This document shows, in pieces, positions 9,923 to 20,780 of a stretch of 32,000 bases of DNA. The DNA lies in contig NZ_WPAG02000002.1 in assembly GCF_013602415.1 (NCBI RefSeq), forward strand, positions 1,893,480 to 1,925,479. Direction: 5' to 3'. A model generated the notes under the pieces. The model was not told where the DNA came from. It made no database searches and saw nothing but the letters and a program-made list of their open reading frames with translations. A program made the position numbers and the translations under genes. Positions within the stretch are counted from its first letter, which is position 1, and every line of letters starts with the position of its first letter. The stretch comes from Rhodococcus sp. B50. Lineage in GTDB: Bacteria; Actinomycetota; Actinomycetes; Mycobacteriales; Mycobacteriaceae.

Positions 9923-12316
9923 TCAGATCGGCGGGGTCGCGCGACCCTGCATGGCCTCCCACACCCGCGACGGTGTCAACGGCATGTCGGCGTGCCGGAC
10001 GCCGAAGGGCTTCAGCGCGTCGACCACGGCGTTGACGATCGCGGGTGGGGAACCGACCGTGGCGGATTCGCCGATGCCCTTCGCGCCGATCGGGTGATGC
10101 GGTGACGGAGTGACGGTGAACGCCGTCTCGAGCGTCGGCACCTCGAGGGCGGTAGGGATCAGGTAGTCCATGAACGAGCCGCCCAGGCACGTCCCGTTCT
10201 CGTCGAACGCGATCATCTCCATCAGGGCCATGCCGATCCCGTCGACGATGCCGCCGTGCACCTGCCCCTCGATGATCATCGGGTTGATGCGGGTGCCGCA
10301 GTCGTCCACGGCCAGGAACCGGCGGATCTTCACCTCCGCGGTGCCGGGATCGACGTCGACGACACAGAAGTAAGCGCCGTAGGGATAGGTCAGGTTCTCG
10401 GGGTTGTAGCAGATCTGCGCCTCGAGACCGCCTTCGAGGCCTTCCGGCAGGTCGCCGGCGCCGTGGGCGCGCATCGCGATGTCCTGGATGGTGACCGACG
10501 CCGACGGGTCTCCCTTGACCCGGAAGGTGCCCTTCTCCCATTCGAGATCGGCGACGGAGACCTCGAGCATGCCCGACGCGATGATCTTCGCCTTGTCGCG
10601 CACCTTGCGGGCGACCAGCGCGGCGGCCGCGCCGGACACCGGTGTCGAGCGACTTCCGTAGGTGCCGAGCCCGAAGGGGGTGTTGTCGGTGTCGCCGTGG
10701 ACGACGTCGATGTCGTCTGGCGGTATGCCGATCTCCTCGGCGACGATCTGCGCGAAGGTCGTCTCGTGCCCTTGTCCCTGGGACTGCACCGACAACCTCA
10801 CCACGGCCTTACCCGTGGGATGGACACGCAGTTCGCAGCCGTCGGCCATGCCGAGGCCGAGGATGTCCATGTCCTTGCGCGGCCCCGCGCCCACGGCCTC
10901 GGTGAAGAACGACATGCCGATGCCCATCAGTTCACCCCGGGCGCGACGTTCGGCCTGCTCGCGGCGCAGATCCTCGTACCCGACGAGGTTCATGGCCTTG
11001 CGCATGGTGGTCTCGTAGTCGCCGGAGTCGTACTTCCACCCGGTCTTGCTCGTGTACGGGAACTGTTCAGGGCGCAGGAGGTTCTTCAGTCGTAGTTCGG
11101 CCGGATCCATGTCGAGGTCGTAGGCCAGACAATCGACGAGTCGTTCGACGAAGTACACGGCTTCGGTGATGCGGAACGAGCACGCGTAGGCGACACCGCC
11201 GGGTGCCTTGTTGGTGTAGACCGCGGTCATGTGGGAGTACGCGGCCTCGATGTCGTAACTGCCGGTGAACACCCCGAAGAAGCCGGCCGGATATTTCACC
11301 GGGGCCGCGGTGGCGTTGAACGCGCCGTGGTCGGCGAGGACCCGGGACCGGATCGCGAGGATGCGACCTTCCCTCGTCGCCGCGATCTCCCCGACCATGA
11401 TGTAGTCGCGCGCGAAGCCGGTACTCATGAGGTTCTCGCTGCGGTCCTCCATCCACTTGACGGGCCGCCCGGTGACCAGCGACGCGACGATCGCCCCGAC
11501 ATAGCCGGGATAGATGGGCACCTTGTTGCCGAATCCCCCGCCGATGTCGGGCGAGATGACACGGATCTTGTGTTCGGGCAGACCCGCGACCAGCGCGTAC
11601 AGCGTGCGATGGGCGTGCGGGGCCTGGGTGGTGGACCAGAGCGTCAGCTTTCCGGAGATCCGGTCGTAGTCGGCGACCGCACCGCACGTTTCCATGGGCG
11701 CCGGGTGCACCCGCGGATAGACGATCTCCTGACGGGTGACGACGTCGGCCTTCGCGAAGACCGCGTCGGTGGCCGCCGCGTCGCCCGCTTCCCAGTCGAA
11801 GCAATGGTTGTCGGTCTTCCCGTCGAGATCCGTCCGGATCACAGGCGCCTCGGGTGACAGGGCCGTACGCACGTCCACCACCGGATCGAGCATCTCGTAG
11901 TCGACGTCGATCAGTTCGAGGGCGTCGCGCGCCGAGTAGTGGTCGTCGGCGACGACGAACGCGACCTCCTGGCCGTGGAACCGCACCTTGTCGGTGGCCA
12001 GCACCGCCTGAACGTCGTTCGACAGCGTGGGCATCCACGCCAAGCCCTTCTCGGCCAGGTCGGCTCCCGTGATCACTGCCCGCACCTTCGGGTGGGCCGC
12101 AGCCGCGGACGTGTCGATGCGATTGATCCGGGCATGTGCGACCGGTGACCTGAGCACGGCGAGGTGCAGCATGCCCGGCAACCGGACGTCGTCGACATAG
12201 GTGCCGCGCCCGCGTACGAATCGCGGATCCTCCTTGCGCAGCATGCGGCCGTGCCCGCACGGCTTGCGATCGTTGTCCTGCTCCTCCGGGCGTGTGCCCG
12301 GTTCGACCGCGGTCAT
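9923..12316 (-). CDS. coxL: Aerobic carbon monoxide dehydrogenase large (Mo-Cu, molybdopterin cytosine dinucleotide) subunit, form I
   Basis: ORF 9923..12364(-), start placed at ATG 12316 ('[12 protein letters not shown]...RMLRKEDPRFVRGRGTYVDD'). It contains 'GGVAYACSFRITE', the form I AYXCSFR active-site loop. The C-terminal 'PIGAKGIGESATVGSPPAI' is typical of the xanthine oxidase family. The ATG overlaps the coxS TGA by 1 nt (TGATG). Confidence 0.92.
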   Translation of the reverse strand: MTAVEPGTRPEEQDNDRKPCGHGRMLRKEDPRFVRGRGTYVDDVRLPGMLHLAVLRSPVAHARINRIDTSAAAAHPKVRAVITGADLAEKGLAWMPTLSNDVQAVLATDKVRFHGQEVAFVVADDHYSARDALELIDVDYEMLDPVVDVRTALSPEAPVIRTDLDGKTDNHCFDWEAGDAAATDAVFAKADVVTRQEIVYPRVHPAPMETCGAVADYDRISGKLTLWSTTQAPHAHRTLYALVAGLPEHKIRVISPDIGGGFGNKVPIYPGYVGAIVASLVTGRPVKWMEDRSENLMSTGFARDYIMVGEIAATREGRILAIRSRVLADHGAFNATAAPVKYPAGFFGVFTGSYDIEAAYSHMTAVYTNKAPGGVAYACSFRITEAVYFVERLVDCLAYDLDMDPAELRLKNLLRPEQFPYTSKTGWKYDSGDYETTMRKAMNLVGYEDLRREQAERRARGELMGIGMSFFTEAVGAGPRKDMDILGLGMADGCELRVHPTGKAVVRLSVQSQGQGHETTFAQIVAEEIGIPPDDIDVVHGDTDNTPFGLGTYGSRSTPVSGAAAALVARKVRDKAKIIASGMLEVSVADLEWEKGTFRVKGDPSASVTIQDIAMRAHGAGDLPEGLEGGLEAQICYNPENLTYPYGAYFCVVDVDPGTAEVKIRRFLAVDDCGTRINPMIIEGQVHGGIVDGIGMALMEMIAFDENGTCLGGSFMDYLIPTALEVPTLETAFTVTPSPHHPIGAKGIGESATVGSPPAIVNAVVDALKPFGVRHADMPLTPSRVWEAMQGRATPPI

Positions 12317-12801
12317 CACGACACCTCCGAGGGTTGCGTGTTCGAGGAATGTTCGGCAGCCCACCGGACCGACCGGACGATGGTGGTGTAGCCGGTGCAG
12401 CGGCAGATCTGCCCGGAGATCGCCTCGCGGATCGTCGCCTCGTCCGGGTCGGGATCACGATCGAGCAGGGCCCGGGCGGTGATCATCATTCCCGGGGTGC
12501 AGAAACCGCACTGCAGTCCGTGACAGCGCACGAAGCCTTCCTGCACCGGGTCGAGGACGCCGGCGCGTTCGAGTCCTTCGACGGTGAGCACCTCGTGGCC
12601 GGCGGCCATGACCGCCAGGGTGGTGCACGACTTCACCGGTTCGCCGTCCACGGAGACGACGCACGTTCCGCAATTGCTCGTGTCGCATCCCCAGTGGGTT
12701 CCGGTCAGACCGAGGTGGTCACGCAGGAAATGCACGAGCAGTGTCCGGGGTTCGACGTCGGCGGTGACGTTCTCGCCGTTGACGGTCATCGAGATCTGCA
12801 T
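12316..12801 (-). CDS. coxS: CO dehydrogenase small subunit, two [2Fe-2S] clusters
   Basis: ORF 12316..12801(-), 161 aa. Cluster motifs '[12 protein letters not shown]' and 'CGFCTPGM ... CRCTGY'. Confidence 0.92.
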   Translation of the reverse strand: MQISMTVNGENVTADVEPRTLLVHFLRDHLGLTGTHWGCDTSNCGTCVVSVDGEPVKSCTTLAVMAAGHEVLTVEGLERAGVLDPVQEGFVRCHGLQCGFCTPGMMITARALLDRDPDPDEATIREAISGQICRCTGYTTIVRSVRWAAEHSSNTQPSEVS

Positions 12802-12805
12802 CGGA

Positions 12806-13687
12806 TCACACCCTTTCGGTGACGCCGAGACGTTCGGCGGATCGGCGCAGGGCCCGCACCGTCAACTCCGATGCGAGGTGACGCTTGTAGGCGGCGGTGC
12901 CGCGCTGATCGGTCTCGGGATCGCACGCCGACGCGGCCGCTGCGCCCGCCTCACGGAACAGTTCCTCCGAGGGTGGCGAGCCGCGCAGCAGGTCGGTGAT
13001 CGCCGACAACGCCGAATCGTCGCCGCGCACGGCCGTCAGCCCGACCCGGGCGTCGGTGATCTGCCCTCCCGACGTCCACAGCGCGACGCCCGCCGCGGCC
13101 ACCGCCCAGTCGCCGGCACGACGCTCGACCTTCTCGTACGCGCTGGATCCGGTGCCCTTTCTCGGCAGCCGCACCTCGACGAGGAGTTCGTTCGGGGCAA
13201 CCGCCGTCTCGTAGGCGCCGAGATGGAAGTCGTGGAAATCGAGCTCCCGCACCCCGGCCGGTCCGCGAACGACGCATGTTGCGTCGAGCACCGCACACAC
13301 GGTGGACAGATCCTCGGCGGGGTCGGCCTGGCACAGCGACCCACCGAGCGTTCCACGATTGCGGACGATGGGATCGGCGATCACCCGCTCGGCATCCCGG
13401 AAGATCGGGAAGACCTCGGCGAGTTCGTCGGATTCGAGAAGTCGGCGGTGCCGGACCAGGGCACCGAGGCGCACGAACCCGGGCTCGAACACGATGTGGT
13501 CGAGTTCGTCCGCGAGATCGTTGATGTCGATCAAGTACTCCGGATTCGCGAGCCGAAGTTTCATCATCGGCAGCAGACTGTGTCCGCCGGCGACAATCCG
13601 GGCGCCCTCGCCGTGCCGGTCGAGCAACTCGACGGCGTGATCCACTCCGGTGGCGCGCTCGTACTCGAATGGGCCAGGAACCTGCAT
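12806..13687 (-). CDS. coxM: CO dehydrogenase medium (FAD-binding) subunit
   Basis: ORF 12806..13687(-), 293 aa. '[17 protein letters not shown]' and '[10 protein letters not shown]' are FAD-binding motifs of the CoxM/XdhB family. GGGAG SD upstream. First gene of the operon. Confidence 0.9.
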   Translation of the reverse strand: MQVPGPFEYERATGVDHAVELLDRHGEGARIVAGGHSLLPMMKLRLANPEYLIDINDLADELDHIVFEPGFVRLGALVRHRRLLESDELAEVFPIFRDAERVIADPIVRNRGTLGGSLCQADPAEDLSTVCAVLDATCVVRGPAGVRELDFHDFHLGAYETAVAPNELLVEVRLPRKGTGSSAYEKVERRAGDWAVAAAGVALWTSGGQITDARVGLTAVRGDDSALSAITDLLRGSPPSEELFREAGAAAASACDPETDQRGTAAYKRHLASELTVRALRRSAERLGVTERV

Positions 13688-13933
13688 GAAGATCTCCCGC
13701 CATCAGGTGGCGCGGACCGGCTTTCCCCCGCCGGCCGTCCACACTTCCCCCTGTTGCGCCCAGGTTAGACCCGTGCCGGGATCGACGCGGCGAAACGGAC
13801 TAATCGGAATCGGATCGCTACGTCGCGGCCGGAGTGCACCGTGACGCTGCCCTCGTCCGGAGCCCTCGGCGGCGCGAGCGGATAGCGTGGAAGGAGCCGA
13901 CCGGCGGACCCGACGGGAGCACCACGCATATCC

Positions 13934-14590
13934 ATGGACGTGATCAACGAATTCATCATCGGCCAGGCCGCAGCTCTCTGGGTCTACCCGTTGGTCTTCG
14001 CCGTGTGCATCCTCGACGGCTTCTTCCCTCCGGTGCCCAGCGAGACCGTCCTGGTGACCCTGGCGTCCCTCTCGGGTTCGACCGGCCGCCCCTACCTGTG
14101 GATCGTCATCGTGCTCGCGGCGCTCGGCGCGATCATCGGCGACAACATCGCCTACACGATCGGACGGAAGGTCGGCACGGACCGGTTCCGGTGGATGCGA
14201 CGCCCGAAGGCACGAGCCGCTTTCGCATGGGCGCGACGCGGACTCGACAAGCGTGGCGCGGCAGTGATCCTCACGGCCCGCTACATCCCGATCGGCCGGA
14301 TCGCCGTGAACATGACGGCCGGAGCGACCCGATACCCGCGGCGGAAGTTCGTGCCCCTCACGATCCTCGGCGGTACGACCTGGGCGCTGTACTCGGCGCT
14401 GGTGGGCCGCCTCGTCGGTGGCTGGTTCGAATCGCAACCGCTGTTCGGTGCGGCCGTGTCCATCTGCGTCGCGGTGGTCCTGGGGGTCGGAATCGACCAC
14501 CTCATCCAGCGGTTCAAGACCGGGGATGTGGACGTTCCCCGGGGCGAATCGAGCACCGACGACGACCGCGGCACAGCGCTCGAGCGATGA
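13934..14590 (+). CDS. DedA-family (VTT/SNARE-associated domain) inner membrane protein
   Basis: ORF 13934..14590(+), 218 aa. 'LDGFFPPVPSETVLVTLASL' and 'ILTARYIPIGRIAVNMTAG' are characteristic DedA motifs. Confidence 0.8.
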   Translation: MDVINEFIIGQAAALWVYPLVFAVCILDGFFPPVPSETVLVTLASLSGSTGRPYLWIVIVLAALGAIIGDNIAYTIGRKVGTDRFRWMRRPKARAAFAWARRGLDKRGAAVILTARYIPIGRIAVNMTAGATRYPRRKFVPLTILGGTTWALYSALVGRLVGGWFESQPLFGAAVSICVAVVLGVGIDHLIQRFKTGDVDVPRGESSTDDDRGTALER

Positions 14591-14651
14591 CCCTCCGACG
14601 GTGAGGGTGCGTGCATCCACCACCGGCGGCACCCGCTAAGATTCTGGCCGC

Positions 14652-14725
14652 GCCTCCGTAGCTCAGCTGGATAGAGCAAGAGCCTTCTAATCTCTAGGTC
14701 GCAGGTTCGAGTCCTGCCGGGGGCA
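14652..14725 (+). tRNA. tRNA-Arg (anticodon UCU)
   Basis: Manual cloverleaf. Acceptor GCCTCCG/CGGGGGC (one G-U pair); D arm GCTC-AGCTGGATA-GAGC; anticodon loop CT-TCT-AA; variable loop AGGTC; T arm GCAGG-TTCGAGT-CCTGC; discriminator A. CCA is not encoded. Confidence 0.88.
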
Positions 14726-14844
14726 CCTCCGACCGCCGGCGGATCATTCCCGGCGGGGCCGCACATCCTACTTCCGAAACGGGCAATTCACCCCACTCAC
14801 ACGCCGCTCCGGCCGTGTGTTTCTCATCCCACCTCGCTGCCGGG

Positions 14845-14875
14845 TTAACACATGCTAAGGACCACGTCCTATAGT
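14845..14875 (+). promoter_or_regulatory. Candidate sigma-A type promoter for gdhA (TTAACA - 19 nt - TATAGT)
   Basis: Hexamers read in the only AT-richer stretch upstream of gdhA. The spacer is longer than optimal and there is no experimental support. Confidence 0.3.
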
Positions 14876-14921
14876 TCTCGTCGTAAATCCCGTGTTACAG
14901 AATCCTCACAGAGTCAGGTAG

Positions 14922-16271
<1,350 letters not shown>

Positions 16272-16291
16272 CGACCGACTTTTCGCACTCG

Positions 16292-16324
16292 AGTGCGGGT
16301 ACCGACGAGTTCGGTACCCGCACT
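16292..16324 (+). terminator. Intrinsic terminator hairpin after gdhA, in the convergent gap with selB
   Basis: Perfect 14-bp stem AGTGCGGGTACCGA / TCGGTACCCGCACT with a 5-nt loop, followed by TCGTGTTTCGG. It begins 21 nt after the gdhA stop. Confidence 0.7.
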
Positions 16325-16416
16325 TCGTGTTTCGGCGCTCGCCGGGTTCAGGTGCACGTCACCTCTCGCATCCGCGCACAGTGGGACTCGACCGGCCCCG
16401 GACGGTCGGTGCTGCC

Positions 16417-18159
16417 CTAGTGGACGATCTCGCGACGGTCGTCGGGGAGCCGTCGCGTGCGGCCCGCCTTGTCGAGCCGGTCGAGCAGCGGCAGGACCAC
16501 CCGCCGTGTGGTTCCCAGACGTTCGCGTGCCGCACTGGTCGTGAAGGGCTGTTCCAGCTCCCCCAGCAACTCGACCGCGGCATCGGCGGCATCGGGAAGC
16601 AGAACGATGCCCGGACCGACCCGCCACAACCGTCCGCTGCGTTCGGCTGCGCCCAGTGCGCGTTCGTCGAGGCCGAGTTCGCGGAGTCGATCGGCGGTCG
16701 GGGCGACGAACGGCGCGGCCGTCAGGTCGCGGCGCACCTGTTCGACCGCCGCCCGGACCTTGCTCGGCAGACCGTCGGCTCCCGGAGCGATCACCCGTCC
16801 CCCGGCCACTTCGAGAGGCGGTCGTACCAGCGCGCGCACGAGGTCGGGCGTGGGAAGCCGCAACTGCGACGCCAGCACGGTCAACGGTGCCGCCGGGTCC
16901 AGGGGATGAGCGCGAGCGTGTGCCTGCACGAGGGCGGGCAGCCGGTCGGCGACCGCCCTCGCGAGGCCGGGTGCGACGAACCACGGACCCACCACCAGGT
17001 GATCTCCCTCCTCGAGAGGGATGCCCAGCTGACGCAACCGCTGCCGGTGCAGGAGTCCGCGGCGGGCGAGCTCGTCGGCCAGACGCGGCGTGCCGTCGGC
17101 ACCCGCGAGTTGCCGGGCACGATGTGCCGCAGCGCCACGCCGCCGGAAGCGGGGCGGGTCCGGATCGAGAACGTCGGCCCGCCAGATCATGCGTCGACCC
17201 GGGTCGCGCAGCAGCGCGCGGTCGCCGATCCGCAAGGGTAGCGGGCGATCGAGAGTGAGCCGAACGAGATCGTCCGCCAGCGGACGACAGTGGACGCCGA
17301 CATCGGCAGCACCGACGTGGAGAACAGGGGCGACGGGAGGTCGGTCCTCGCCGCTGATCCGCACGTCGACGACGGACGTGTGGTGCCACGCACCGGGTGT
17401 CACGAGCACACTGCCCCGTCCCAGGTCGTCGATCCGGCCGGTGAGATTGAGGGCGACCCTGGCCACGCCGCTCACCGCGGTCCGGTCGCGCCCGAGTGCC
17501 TGCACGCCACGGACCCGCAGCGGCGTGTCGCCGAGTGCGAGGGTGTCGCCGACCCGGACCGTGCCGGCGGGAAGCGTTCCGGTGACGACGGTTCCGGATC
17601 CGCGCACGGTGAACCGGCGGTCCACCCAGAGCCGGACATCACCCTGCGGATCCGGGGCCGGGAGCGCGGCGATCATCGTCGTCAACGCGGCCCGGAGCTC
17701 GTCGAGGCCCATCCCGGTGCGTCCGCTCACGGCCACGACGGGCGCCCCCGCGAGGCTCGTGCGGGCGACCTCCGCCGCGGCCCGCGCGGCTGCGGGACCC
17801 GGGTCGGCGAGATCGGCGCGGGTCACCGCGACGACCGCGTGGCGCACGCCGAGCGCGTCGAGCGCCGCGAGATGTTCGGCAGCCTGCGGCATCCACGGGT
17901 CGTCGGCGGCCACCACGAACAGCGCGGCCGGGACCGACCCCACCCCGGAAAGCATCGTCGTCAGGAAACGCTCGTGACCGGGGACGTCGACGAAGGCGAC
18001 CTCCCCCACCTCGGGCCAGGACGTCCAGCAGTAGCCGAGCTCGATGGTCAGTCCTCGCCGCCGCTCCTCGGCGAGCCGATCCGGGTTCGCGCCGGTGAGT
18101 GCTTCGACCAGCGTCGACTTGCCGTGGTCCACATGGCCGGCGGTCGCGACGACGTGCAT
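16417..18159 (-). CDS. selB: Selenocysteine-specific translation elongation factor SelB
   Basis: ORF 16417..18159(-), 580 aa. GTPase motifs 'GHVDHGKST' and 'DVPGHERF', plus a long C-terminal winged-helix region. The ATG overlaps the selA TGA by 1 nt (TGATG). Confidence 0.9.
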   Translation of the reverse strand: MHVVATAGHVDHGKSTLVEALTGANPDRLAEERRRGLTIELGYCWTSWPEVGEVAFVDVPGHERFLTTMLSGVGSVPAALFVVAADDPWMPQAAEHLAALDALGVRHAVVAVTRADLADPGPAAARAAAEVARTSLAGAPVVAVSGRTGMGLDELRAALTTMIAALPAPDPQGDVRLWVDRRFTVRGSGTVVTGTLPAGTVRVGDTLALGDTPLRVRGVQALGRDRTAVSGVARVALNLTGRIDDLGRGSVLVTPGAWHHTSVVDVRISGEDRPPVAPVLHVGAADVGVHCRPLADDLVRLTLDRPLPLRIGDRALLRDPGRRMIWRADVLDPDPPRFRRRGAAAHRARQLAGADGTPRLADELARRGLLHRQRLRQLGIPLEEGDHLVVGPWFVAPGLARAVADRLPALVQAHARAHPLDPAAPLTVLASQLRLPTPDLVRALVRPPLEVAGGRVIAPGADGLPSKVRAAVEQVRRDLTAAPFVAPTADRLRELGLDERALGAAERSGRLWRVGPGIVLLPDAADAAVELLGELEQPFTTSAARERLGTTRRVVLPLLDRLDKAGRTRRLPDDRREIVH

Positions 18160-19475
18160 CAGTGTCCTTCGCGACGGACCACGCGCGTCACGGCTTCGAT
18201 CAGCCCACCGTCCTCACCGGGGTCGACGGCGAGCAGGTCGAGCAGCAGCCTGCCCCGTTCGACGCGGCCGACGACCGGGTGCTCGCCGAGACGCAACGGC
18301 ACGGCGAGGTGTTCGGGCAGCGCGATCGCGACGCTCGGCAGGGTCACATCCGGGGCGCCGCCACCACCGACGACACCGTCGGAGTCGACCACCTCGGGCT
18401 CGCACTCGGCAGGCAGCGCGGCGCAGATCGCCTGCGCGCGGTCGCGGAGATCCTCCGGCCGGGTGGCCAGTGCCACCGCGACGGGAGGCGTCGGCCCCGT
18501 CAGGGTCGCTTCGAGCGCGGCGAGGGTGAGCTTGTCGACGCGCAGTGCCCGCGCGAACGGATCCCGGCGCAGGCGCTCCACCAGTTCGGCCCGCCCGAGC
18601 AGCAACCCGGCCTGCGGACCGCCCAGCAGCTTGTCGCCGGAGGCCGTGACCAGGTCGGCGCCGGCGCGCAGAGCACTGGTGGCGTCGGGCTCGTTCGGCA
18701 GGCGTGGATGCGGTGCGAGCAGTCCCGACCCGATGTCGACCACGACGGGCGGTCCGAGGCCTGTGAGTTCGCGGACCGACACGGACGACGTGAAGCCGCT
18801 GACCGTGAAGTTCGAGGGATGCACCTTGAGGACGAAGGCGGTGTCGTCGTCGACGGCCGCGGCGTAGTCGCTCAGGCGGACACGGTTGGTGGTACCGACC
18901 TCCCGCAGCCCGGCACCGACCGATTCCAGCAGTTCCGGGATCCGAAAGCCGTCGCCGATCTCGACCAGTTCGCCCCGCGCGATCACGATCGAGCGGCCCC
19001 CGCGTGCAAGCACCCGGGTGACCAGAGCGAGAGCGGCGGCACCGTTGTTGACCACGTGGACGCCTCCGGCATCCGGCACCTGCGCGGCGAGCGCCTCGAG
19101 CGCGCCGCGTCCGCGCCGCCCGCGCCTGCCGGTGGTCAGATCGAGCTCGACATCGGTCGCGCCCGCCGCGGTCGTCACGGCCTCGACCGCCGCGCGGGAG
19201 AGCGGCGCGCGGCCGAGATTGGTGTGCACCACCACGCCGGTCGCGTTGACGACGCGACGCAGGGTGGCCGCCTGCCGCGGCAACGATGCGACCGCGACGT
19301 CGGCGACGGCTCCCGGCTCGATCTCGCCGTCGCGGCACCGTTGCTGGGCCGCGACCACGGTCTGCTTGACCAGACGGGAGCCGAGTCGGTGGACGGCCTC
19401 GCGCAGGCGCGGATCGGCCAGGACCTGATCGGTGCGGGGAACGTCCCGTCTCGGATCCGGCACGCGCCTCCTCAT
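18159..19475 (-). CDS. selA: L-seryl-tRNA(Sec) selenium transferase SelA
   Basis: ORF 18159..19475(-), 438 aa. 'VVNATGVVVHTNLGRAPLS' and the PLP-lysine motif 'SGDKLLGGPQAGLLLG'. An alternative GTG start lies 12 nt downstream. Confidence 0.9.
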   Translation of the reverse strand: MRRRVPDPRRDVPRTDQVLADPRLREAVHRLGSRLVKQTVVAAQQRCRDGEIEPGAVADVAVASLPRQAATLRRVVNATGVVVHTNLGRAPLSRAAVEAVTTAAGATDVELDLTTGRRGRRGRGALEALAAQVPDAGGVHVVNNGAAALALVTRVLARGGRSIVIARGELVEIGDGFRIPELLESVGAGLREVGTTNRVRLSDYAAAVDDDTAFVLKVHPSNFTVSGFTSSVSVRELTGLGPPVVVDIGSGLLAPHPRLPNEPDATSALRAGADLVTASGDKLLGGPQAGLLLGRAELVERLRRDPFARALRVDKLTLAALEATLTGPTPPVAVALATRPEDLRDRAQAICAALPAECEPEVVDSDGVVGGGGAPDVTLPSVAIALPEHLAVPLRLGEHPVVGRVERGRLLLDLLAVDPGEDGGLIEAVTRVVRREGH

Positions 19476-19496
19476 CCCACACTCGACGAAAAAATT

Positions 19497-19591
19497 TGGC
19501 GGAGGCGGACGGGAATCGAACCCGCCCAGCCCAGATACTGGGCCACAACGGTTTTGAAGACCGCGACCGTCACCAGACGAGAACCACCTCC
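19497..19591 (-). tRNA. selC: tRNA-Sec (anticodon UCA), selC
   Basis: Manual fold of the reverse complement. 8-bp acceptor GGAGGTGG/CCGCCTCC (one G-U pair); anticodon loop CT-TCA-AA; long variable arm GCCCAG-TAT-CTGGGC; 5-bp T arm GCGGG-TTCGATT-CCCGT; discriminator G; encoded CCA. 95 nt, the bacterial 8/5 tRNA-Sec architecture. Confidence 0.88.
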
Positions 19592-19649
19592 GCGCTCACC
19601 CTAACCGAAGTCGAGCCCTCGGTTGCGGCACGCCCGTATGTTCGATCAT

Positions 19650-20672
19650 ATGACCGCACACGTCGACCTTCCCGAGGGCGCCATCCGCCTCACCCAGTAC
19701 GCCGCCGGCGGCGGTTGTGCGTGCAAGGTTCCGCCGGGTGAGCTCGAACGGGTCCTCGGCGGCCTGCAGGGGGGACGAGCCGCCGGCGAACTGCTGGTCG
19801 GCGTGGAGAACGGCGATGACGGCGCCGCGGTCCGGATCGACCCCGCACCCGACGGGAGCGGACGGGCGATCATCGTGACGGCCGACTTCTTCACCCCGGT
19901 CGTCGACGATGCCTACGCCTGGGGCCGTATCGCCGCCACCAATGCCATGTCCGACGTCTACGCGATGGGCGGCACCCCGATCGTCGCGGTCAACCTGCTC
20001 GGCTGGCCGCGCGAGCTCATCCCGTTCGAGCTCGCAGCCGAGGTGATGCGAGGCGGTGCCGACGCGTGCGCCGAGGCCGGTGCCCATCTCGCCGGTGGGC
20101 ACAGCATCGACGACCGCGAGCCGAAGTACGGGCTGGCGGTGACCGGGCTCGGCGACCCGGATCGCCTGCTGCGCAACGACGCTGCGACACCCGGTCTGCC
20201 GCTCACCCTCACCAAACCACTCGGTCTCGGCATCCTCAACAACCGGCACAAGGCCACCGGCGAGCGGTTCGAGGAAGCGGTAGCGGTGATGACGACCCTC
20301 AACCGCGACGCGGCGCAACTCGCCCACGCCGCAGGTGTCCGCGCCGCCACCGACGTCACGGGTTTCGGTCTGCTCGGCCACCTGATGAAGATGATGCGGG
20401 CCAGTGGCACGACCGCAGTGATCGATGCCGCGGCCGTGCCGTACGTCGCCGGAGCGCGCGAATCGCTCGCGGCGGGATTCGTGCCCGGCGGGAGCCGTCG
20501 CAATCTCGACTGGGTCCGTGACGAGGTCGACTCCGAGGTGGACGACGACGAGCTGCTGTTGCTCGCCGATGCCCAGACCTCGGGCGGTCTCCTGGTCGTC
20601 GGGGAGCTCCCCGGCCATCCGGTCATCGGCGAGGTGGTCCCCGCGGGCGAGCACGCGATCCGGGTGCGCTGA
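19650..20672 (+). CDS. selD: Selenide, water dikinase (selenophosphate synthetase) SelD, Cys-type
   Basis: ORF 19623..20672(+). 'IRLTQYAAGGGCACKVPPGELERVL' is the Cys/Lys active-site loop, with Cys rather than Sec. AIR-synthase-like fold motifs are present ('GDDGAAV', 'ATNAMSDVYAMGG'). The start is ATG 19650 or ATG 19638; the TTG at 19623 is unlikely. Confidence 0.88.
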   Translation: MTAHVDLPEGAIRLTQYAAGGGCACKVPPGELERVLGGLQGGRAAGELLVGVENGDDGAAVRIDPAPDGSGRAIIVTADFFTPVVDDAYAWGRIAATNAMSDVYAMGGTPIVAVNLLGWPRELIPFELAAEVMRGGADACAEAGAHLAGGHSIDDREPKYGLAVTGLGDPDRLLRNDAATPGLPLTLTKPLGLGILNNRHKATGERFEEAVAVMTTLNRDAAQLAHAAGVRAATDVTGFGLLGHLMKMMRASGTTAVIDAAAVPYVAGARESLAAGFVPGGSRRNLDWVRDEVDSEVDDDELLLLADAQTSGGLLVVGELPGHPVIGEVVPAGEHAIRVR

Positions 20673-20780
20673 CCTCGACGACCGCCGGACATGCCGACAC
20701 ACCTGCACGGGATCCCGATTACCGGGCACGAAGCGTGGGTAGACGGTAACTTCGGAAACGACAGCGCGGAGAGGAGACCG

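Noticed and set aside
13703-14632. 309-aa minus-strand ORF spanning the coxM-dedA intergenic region and dedA
   Set aside because: It is antisense to the DedA gene, with no motifs and an Arg/Asp/His-rich composition. Artefact.
14652-14760. tRNA-Arg as a genomic-island integration site (attB)
   Set aside because: No integrase, no duplicated tRNA 3'-end direct repeat and no compositional shift were seen in the flanking sequence. The downstream genes (gdhA, sel/fdh) look like ordinary chromosomal genes. The CCGCCGG/CCGGCGG hairpin at 14733-14756 is more simply a tRNA terminator.
14770-14921. GlnR or AmtR nitrogen-regulator boxes upstream of gdhA (for example GTTAC-N6-CTCAC at about 14893, CTATAG at about 14869, GAAAC-N6-TTCAC at about 14775)
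   Set aside because: These are only half-site resemblances. None matches the full gTnAc-N6-GaAAc or CTAT-N6-ATAG consensus, so the evidence is too weak to call without a position weight matrix scan.
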